From contig OX597831.1 in assembly GCA_951406725.2 (NCBI GenBank), positions 81,158,001 to 81,222,000 of the forward strand: a stretch of DNA of 64,000 nucleotides, given 5' to 3'. Below are positions 56,087 through 64,000 of this stretch, piece after piece. Source of the DNA: Octopus vulgaris (lineage: Eukaryota). Every line of letters starts with the position of its first letter. The stretch's first letter is position 1. Below the pieces are notes generated by a model that had not been told where the DNA came from, ran no database searches, and saw nothing but the letters and a program-made list of their open reading frames with translations. The position numbers were made by a program, and so were the translations under genes.

Positions 56087-57237
56087 AGTGACAATCTGGA
56101 AAAGTAAGACTGGGTTTTCAGAAAAAGAAATTGACCACCAAACTTGCACACTACAACTGCAATTTGTAAACGGAACACTAAAAGTATGCAAGACTTTTCT
56201 CAAGTTTGAAATCTGACATTGCTTTTGTTATCTCGATTCCAACGATGGAAGTTTGTATCTTTGTTGGAATCCAGCTTCTTTATTCAGAGGGAAGAATTTG
56301 AATAATTAAATAGAGAAACGGACATACAGACACATGTATGCGTGATTCCGAGCATAAATTCTTTGATGTAATCGAATAAAACCCTATATATGCTGACCCA
56401 GCAAAATATATCACAAAAACTGTACAAGAATAATTTGTTAACAACAATAACAACAACAACGACAACGTCCACAGCAACGTTGTTCTGTATAATTCACAAA
56501 TCTCATTTAGACTGTTGAATCTCTCAGGAAAAGCTATAATATATTCGTGGTTAGGTATTATAATTTCAAAGAAGCCAATGATATGTGGTAATGGTCATGC
56601 ATTTCCCAATGGTATTTACACATTCTTTAAGCCAAAGAGGGACCGTCTACTTGATTATATGACCTACTAGAAATAGATTCCAAATCTTTATAATGTGGGT
56701 GTGAGCTCCTTTCTCACTGGAAAAAAGACGGGGTGGCCACAACTGGAATGCTTTTAGTCGTAAGAAGGCTCGAGATGAACTGATCTCGGCTTAACCACCG
56801 TTACCAAAATAAACTACTCCACTACTACAAGCAGACTCACCGCCGCCACCGCCGCCGCCACCGCCGCCGCCACCACCACCACCACCACCACCACCTCAAC
56901 AACAGCAATAACACGAAGATCATAACGTGCGTGAAACCGAAAGAAACAACGATACACGTATATATACATACATATATTTATACATCCATATACTTATATG
57001 TTAATATATATATATATATATATATATACATCGTTTCTCATTGTGTTCGACGTTTTTTTGGTGTCCTGTACCCATATATGCATGTATATATACATGTAGA
57101 TGTAGGTACGTACATATATGTATGTATATATGCATATGTTTTATTTATTAATTTGTTATTACACAACAGAACGCACGCATCCATTTCTAAGTAAGTTTGT
57201 TCTTAATGTATATATATATATATATATGCATATACAT

Positions 57238-57300
<63 letters not shown>

Positions 57301-58149
57301 TGTAAATATATATATATCCATATACATATATGTAAATATATAATGTGAAATAATTAACAGAAATTTTCATCATTATTCGAACAATAGTGACATTATTTCG
57401 TCGCTCAGCACATTTGCTGTACACATAAACAGTTTGTAAGTTTTTAGTGTCGGAGGGAAACGTGACTGATTTGGAGACGGTAGATGGTAATTGTAGCAAG
57501 ATGTTAACAAAGCAAACATCACACCAACACACACTAAAAGCTGACACGGCCATGTTTTAATGACGGGACACAACTCAACTTGGAAGGTTCGACAACGTTT
57601 TGTTTGAAAAAGGAAATCTTAAAAAGCAACGCATTACATTTCTGAGTTGAAGGAAATATTTATGTGTTGTAAAGATATGATGGTAAATGATTGAGTTAAT
57701 TAGGTGAGTAGCAATGTCCTGGCCGGTATTAAGTGCTATGTGGAGTAAACAATATGCTGAGATTGGAGAAGATGGATGCGAAATGTCACGTATTTGGTTA
57801 TTAAGGATTCTAATCCTATTGTTGTTGCTTCCGAAATCAGAGAAGGAACAGTAGCGCCCATAACCACTTCCAGAGTCTCCAAGACTGATGGGAGAAAGGG
57901 AGGGAATTTTCTTCAAAGAGATCACTGGAAACCTCGTTCTAATTCTTGCAAGTTACCCCAAAGCGTGGTACTGGTATTAAACAGGCTGAACCCTGTTACG
58001 TTTAACCGTTCATTACTAATTACAACTCGCACCGTAGAACTGGTTGAGGTTTACGACAACTTAGTTGCAATGTCTTCATATCTGGATGTCACTCCACGAA
58101 GTAAAGGATTTCCTTCGGCGCCGGTGGGGATGCGTATTACAAGTCACAT

Positions 58150-58310
58150 TTATTTTTTCTGCTATAGGCACAAGGCCTGAAATTTTGGAGGAAGGGGCTA
58201 ATCGATTACATCCACCCCAGTGCTCAGCTGGTTCTTATTTTATCGACCCCGATATGATGAAGGGCAAAGTCGACCTCGGCGGAATTTGAATTCAGAACAT
58301 AAAAACGGAC
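58150..58310 (-). mobile_element. tRNA-derived SINE fragment
   Basis: ttttatcgaccccgatatgatgaagggcaaagtcgacctcggcggaatttgaattcagaac is the reverse complement of the 48-kb SINE body. Confidence 0.85.
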
Positions 58311-58383
58311 GGGATCCAGTTCTCGGTGACCTGACAATTATTCTAAGACAATAACTACACCCATGGTATTGCTGCTATTTCTA

Positions 58384-59177
58384 CAAGGCGCATTCCAGAA
58401 GTCTTGAAACTTTTTCCAGGAGAAACATTTATTAATTTTCAAGAAGTATTAAACTTTAATCTCCTTCTAAATAGGGTCCTCTAACTTCAAAGCACTTGTT
58501 GTAGCGCTCCGTCCACGTCGTGAAGGCCCATGGAAGTCATTCGAAGTGAAGGTGTTCAGGACCCTTATCGCAGCCTCCTTCATCTTCTCCTTTAGCTTGA
58601 GAAATAATGAAAAGTCAAAGGAAGTAAGGTGTAACAGAGGGGGACGTCGCGGGACAGTTTTGATGTCCTTCTCTGTCAAGCAGTTGGCTGCTAGGATGGA
58701 ATTATGAACCGGTGTTCATAGTCCTTGAACAGGAACCTTGGCCTTTACTGATGAAATCTCTTTCTGAACTCCCTCGAAGCCTTCACCATGTACCCTTCGT
58801 TGACTGTCTGACCAGACGATATCCTTGCTGTCGAAAGTGGGGATCACCATGAGCTTCCAAGTGGACTTGCTTTGTCTGGCCTCTTGTGACAATGAAAACG
58901 CAGATGTTCGGCTCATACAAGTTCATCTAGAAGCAGTCTGTTGCTTTATATAAGTTTCTGTAACGCCCCATCCTCACCACACAATTTAACACAACACTTT
59001 ATTTCTTAACAAGCATCCAAATTGCCTTCAAAGTGTTGTTATAACCGTCTCCTTCATCCAGGAATAACAAAAGTCGGCAGGTCAGCTTATGAAATGTATA
59101 ATAAAGATATATTAAAATAATCTAGAACGGTCGTAACTGCTTCCAAAAGTATTCCAGAATTCGTGAAACGCACTTCG
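58384..59177 (-). mobile_element. Degenerate mariner transposon
   Basis: TA-flanked imperfect TIRs (caaggcgcattccagaag / cgaagtgcgtttcacgaa); minus-strand remnants KLMVIPTFDSKDIV and VPRRPPLLHLTSFDFSLFLKLKEKM (cf. mariner HPPYSPDLAP.DF.LF..LK). Confidence 0.7.
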
Positions 59178-59655
59178 TACATTTACTGTTTCTAATGCCG
59201 TTTAACCCCATGTCACTCCAGATCCCGCGGACCTCACGTCACATAGGTTCCATTGTCCAATGAAACTGCTTTTCGTTTTAACTCATAGAGTGATCTTGAA
59301 AGATTTAGCAGCTATTTTCTTCATGTTAAATGCCTGTCTAGATCTCAGTTGGCACCGAATTGATGATGACATTATCAGTTTCAAGTAAATGTTGTTGATG
59401 CCGTTTAAACTATAAACGAAGTGGATTCACTTTAAATAACCGACTTCATTTCTCTTCAAACGAGCTTTCTCGAACGTCCAGTGAATTCAGTGAAACCCTT
59501 TCAGAAACAATAAAGAAATGAATGGAGACCAACTAACTTAACTATGAGTTTTTTCATACGAATGTTGTCTGCTGAATTATTCTTTAAATAGTTCTAGTTT
59601 TAATTTCCTATGCAATTACATAGTGTTGGATAAATAATTACTTTAGCAAAGTAAT

Positions 59656-59696
59656 TATGCTGAGGAGGTAATAATAAGACCGAAACATGCCCACTG
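59656..59696 (+). ncRNA. Degenerate hammerhead relic
   Basis: CUGAGGA-GGU-AAUAAUAAG-ACC-GAAAC-AU-GCC: core and stem II present, triplet is GCC rather than GUC, stem I weak. Confidence 0.4.
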
Positions 59697-59871
59697 TTAT
59701 CTCCACAACCCGCTGAAATGGTTTTAAACAATGACTAATGCCTTTTATTTTGCCGCTCCCTGCATTTAATAGACACACTACAGTAACCATAACGACGGGT
59801 TTGGAGAGATCTTGGGTCTCAGTGTTACAGAGTGTGTGTGTGCTTATGTTTGTGTGCGTGTGTGTGTATTT

Positions 59872-59914
<43 letters not shown>

Positions 59915-60024
59915 GATGGCACATTGATCTGACTGTTGTTGACAATAATGGTAGAGTGCAGGTATGGTGGGGGTGGAAGTGGAGGATGTAGTGGTGATGG
60001 AGATGATGATGATGATGGTGGTGG

Positions 60025-60066
<42 letters not shown>

Positions 60067-61235
60067 GGATGATGATGATGAGGAGGAGGAGGAGGAGGTT
60101 GTGGCGGTGGAGTACGATGTCAGCAATGATAACAGTGCATGTGTGAAGGTGGAAGTTGATGATGAGGAAGAAAAGGATGAGCAAAGATTGAGGAGGAGGC
60201 GGAGGAGATGATGGAGGATCGTGATGACGATGGTGATGGTGATGGTGATGGTGATGATATGTGATGACTTTTTGTTTAGTTAAGAGAGAATGGATGTGTT
60301 TATGACCTTCGTAGATCGACTGAAACCATGGTGATGGTGGCGGCGGTGGTGGTGGGGTGGCGGTGGTGGTTGTGATATCATGGTTGAGGTGGTGGAGAAG
60401 GTGGGGGAGAAGGTGGCGGCAATAGTGCTGATGAGAAGGTGGATGAGGATGAAGGTGATGATGATGACGACGATGATGATGATGATGATGATGTCAACGA
60501 TATCAACAAGAGAAGCAGCTCTAATGAAAGTGAGACAGCGTATCCAATATAGTCGGAGAGAGATAGAGAGAAAGAGAGAGAGAAGGGGAAGAAGGGAGAG
60601 AGAGAAGGGGAGAAGGGAGAGAGGGAAAAGGATAAAGAGAGAGGGTGTGACGAGGAGAGAGTGTTAGGAGGAGTCAGAAGAGGAGAGAAGAATAAAAACA
60701 AGTAAGAACATGGCAAACGTTTCCGAAAATGTTGATGATGATGATGGTTGTGGTAGTAGTGGTGGTGTCTGTGGTGGCGGCAGCACCGGAGCCAGCGGCG
60801 GTGGTGGCGATGATGAGGGTGATGGTGGTAATGTGGTGGGGATGGTGATGATGATGTTAATGGTGGTGGTGGTGGTGGCGGTGGCGGTGAAGCTGAAGGT
60901 GATGATGGCGGTAATGATGATGATGATTAAAATAAAGTGTTGATAATGATGTTGATACTGTTGCTGATGATGGTGTTGATAACGTCGGAGGTGGTGGCAG
61001 TGATGGTGGTGGTGAGTAAGCTCGAAGTAGATAGGAAGTTGTGTCGAAAGAAGACGGTGGCTGACACGAAACGTTGATGGAAACTGAGAATAAACAAAAT
61101 CCTCACCGAAATAAGTCTACGTACATATGTATGTGTGTATGTGTGTGTGTATGTGTGTATGTATGTATGCATGTATGTATGTATGTGTGTATGTATGTGT
61201 GTATGTATGTATGTATGTATGTATGTATGTGTGTA

Positions 61236-61267
<32 letters not shown>

Positions 61268-61341
61268 TGTGTGTGTGTATGTATGTATGTGCGTATGCAT
61301 GTGTGTGTATGTATGCGTGTATGTATGTATGTGTGTATGTA

Positions 61342-61372
<31 letters not shown>

Positions 61373-61902
61373 ATGTATGTATGTGTGTGTATGTATGTAT
61401 GTATGTATGTGCGTATGCATGTGTGTGTATGTATGTATGCGTGTGTATGTATATATGTATACATGTGTGTGTGTGTGTGCATTTATGAACGTATGCATGT
61501 CTGTGTATTTTTATACACAGTCATACATACATATGATACATGTACATACACACATACATACACACATTCATACATACACACATACACACATACACACATA
61601 CATACAGCTCATAAACACCCATAGATGCGCGTGTGTGTGTGTGTGTTTCTTCCCTGTGAACAGAAGAACGAAATCAGCGCTCAACCGATCCAATTGCTGT
61701 TGCATATATTTAATAAGAGTTTGATTCAGATGCAAAGAGCTTAGACGTCCTGCTCGTGAGATATGCAGAGACAGAGTCATCTGACAAGGTGGACGTGTCC
61801 TGTGCCGCACGAAACTGTTAAGTAATGAACAGCTGAAACAAATTATGCATATTTCCTGAGTGAGTCAATGGGAAGCTTATCCCACCTCTTCGCGAGTTAA
61901 CT

Positions 61903-61970
61903 CGACTCTACATGACTCTACATGACTCTACATGACTCTACATGACTCTACATGACTCTACATGACTCTA
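61903..61970. repeat. 10-bp minisatellite (GACTCTACAT)n, ~6.5 units
   Basis: Direct reading. Confidence 0.95.
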
Positions 61971-62213
61971 TGCTCTTGAAACTGAAACCGTGAGATATAT
62001 ACTTTACATTTGACTCCATTTCAAAGCCATTATAGATAGTAACTGTGACTCTGAACAAAATCCTCCATGTATATATGTATGTATATATGTATGATGTATG
62101 TATGTATGTATGTATGTATGTATGTATGCATGTGTGTGTGTGAATTTGTATGTATGCCTGCAAACGTGTGTATTGGTATGTTTATGTACATATATATGTA
62201 TATGTGTATATAT

Positions 62214-62477
62214 AAAATATTCTATAATTATATATTTATGTACATACTTATAACAAGGGGTCAGCCATATGCCTCGCCACGTACTGAATTAGAAATAGAC
62301 GCTAATATCTTTTCAACTACCATAAAAATCTCCGAGACAATAAACACACTTTTTTTAAGTAGGTAAAAAGAAAACTGATGACACTACACGTCTGTTTCTA
62401 ATTCAGTCCGTGGCCAGGCAATTAACTGACCCCTCATTATAATTATGTATATAAATAGAGAATTATAGAATATTTTG
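62214..62477. repeat. Fold-back inverted repeat (~90-bp imperfect arms)
   Basis: aaaatattctataatt...aggggtcag...gccacgtactgaattagaaatagacg mirrored by cgtctgtttctaattcagtccgtggc...ctgacccct...aattatagaatatttt. Confidence 0.85.
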
Positions 62478-62563
62478 TATAATTTACCTAAAAAGCTTTT
62501 TTTAACGTACTGACTACTCGGTAAAATTATTAATTCATTCATTCATTTTACCTCATATTATTA

Positions 62564-62630
<67 letters not shown>

Positions 62631-62632
<2 letters not shown>

Positions 62633-63430
62633 CGGGAAGCTTTATGAAAATAAACAAAAGACGAAGGCAGGTGGAATACAAACAAATAATTGTATTAGTA
62701 TGGCGCTCAAGAATATAAATAAAACAAGTCTTTTACGTTTCGAGCCTACGCTCTTCAACAGAAAGATACACAGAAAAGAAACACGGAAAGAAACAAGGAG
62801 AGAAAAAAAATGCGTGCAGAATCTAGCGATTCAACATGGCGATCTGATTCTGGCCAGAAGTCAGAGATCAAACGTGAGACGCAAGAGCGAAAATAGGGGA
62901 GATAACCGGGTCAAATGACTTCGCCCCAACATAAGGGTGCGTGTGTGTATGAGAGAGTATGTGGTGCGTATGAAAGGTCTGGACGTGTGTATGTATGTAT
63001 GATGTGAGATATATATATATATAAACTTTCTGAATGCTTTAAAATCTTCTCTGTTCCATTTATACCTTTTGGTTGTAATTTCGTACGTAGCGGTTTTCTT
63101 TTTGGGTTTTGTGAAATCCGGCTACACAAGATCGGTATTGGGGAGGAGTTAGTTAGATCGCCAAGTATCCCTCATCGATAATTACTGGTATCAATCAAAT
63201 GTTATAATTCGGGTGGATTATCTGCAGATTTCTTATTCGTTCTAAAGTTGTTCTTCTCTTCTTTTGCTTCGCTTATCTTTGTTCCCATGTGACCACCTCT
63301 CCTGCGTAAATGACTTCCACAACTATGGTCAGTTTACTTCGTCCCAGATCATTATGTCCGGTCACTTCTCTCTATTTTTACAAATGTCTCGACCGGAACA
63401 TTTTCCCTGTATTATTTCATATTATGATGA
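62631..63430 (-). mobile_element. Degenerate 3' part of an RLE non-LTR retrotransposon ending in (TA)n
   Basis: Minus-strand remnants in order: PDIMIWD, TIVVEV, RIRNLQIIHPNY..LIPVII, KLQPKGINGTEKILK (cf. RPDI...IPVVIG...QKIVLMGTAHILRK at 33129); then ~400-nt UTR and (TA)n. Confidence 0.65.
62729..62766 (-). ncRNA. Minimal hammerhead-like motif with variant CUGUUGA core
   Basis: Minus strand: UCUUU-CUGUUGA-A-GAGC-GUAG-GCUC-GAAAC-GUA-AAAGA. Stems I and II are perfect; stem III (ACGU palindrome) can form only as a dimer. Confidence 0.65.
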
Positions 63431-63447
63431 TATTTTACACACACACT

Positions 63448-63528
<81 letters not shown>

Positions 63529-63605
63529 GTATGCATATGTGGGCGCGTATGTGCAGATATCTCTCTATATCTATATTTATATTCATAGCTACATATATAC
63601 ATTCA

Positions 63606-63648
<43 letters not shown>

Positions 63649-63698
63649 ATATATATATATATATATATAGCCAAACTATGTTTTAACTTTATTCAACT

Positions 63699-63767
<69 letters not shown>

Positions 63768-64000
63768 GTGTGTGTGTGTGTGTATGATGGACTCTTCCGT
63801 CGTTAGATGAGGTATGAGGGTTCGGCAGTTTCTTACCGAACAACCACACAAATGATTTGTTTATAGTGATCATATGTTTGTGTAGACATAAGCTCTCTCC
63901 CTCAACCAGATCGACATAACCTGTACAGGTGCAACTGGCTGCCACATGTCAGATGACGAAATGGTCGCAGAGCGTGAAATGAAGTGTTTTGCTCAAGAAC

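Noticed and set aside
54462-56203. Long ORFs of 350-540 aa (HTYI/MYVC repeats)
   Set aside because: Translations of (CATA)n, which lacks stop codons in most frames; no protein signal.
59936-60943. Gly/Asp/Glu-rich ORFs
   Set aside because: Degenerate (GAT/GGT/GAG)n low-complexity sequence without a consistent frame or splice structure.

Overview
Eukaryotic, AT-rich, microsatellite-dense non-genic DNA. The SINE families and repeat profile suggest a coleoid cephalopod, probably Octopus; this is inferred, not database-confirmed. No host protein-coding exon is recognisable, and almost all listed ORFs are translated microsatellites. The interpretable content has five parts. (1) At least eight 5'-truncated restriction-like-endonuclease (RLE) non-LTR retrotransposons of the R4/Dong type, from about five subfamilies, sit in (TAA)n tracts with fixed polarity, including a head-to-tail array at 26.6-31.4 kb; one copy keeps an open 392-codon C-terminal ORF. 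(2) There are L1/Tx1-like fragments and one CR1/Jockey-like fragment, whose 3' tails are shared with local tRNA-derived SINEs. (3) Tc1/mariner and Tigger-like relics are present. (4) About ten minimal type I hammerhead ribozyme motifs with palindromic stem III occur, usually about 100-200 nt upstream of a (TA)n tract or inside inverted repeats. (5) Several fold-back inverted repeats are scattered through the window. The most unusual observation is a hammerhead motif in the apparent 3' UTR of an RLE retrotransposon that ends in (TA)n (62.6-63.4 kb, with a second short copy at 19.1 kb). All alignments and folds were done by eye.
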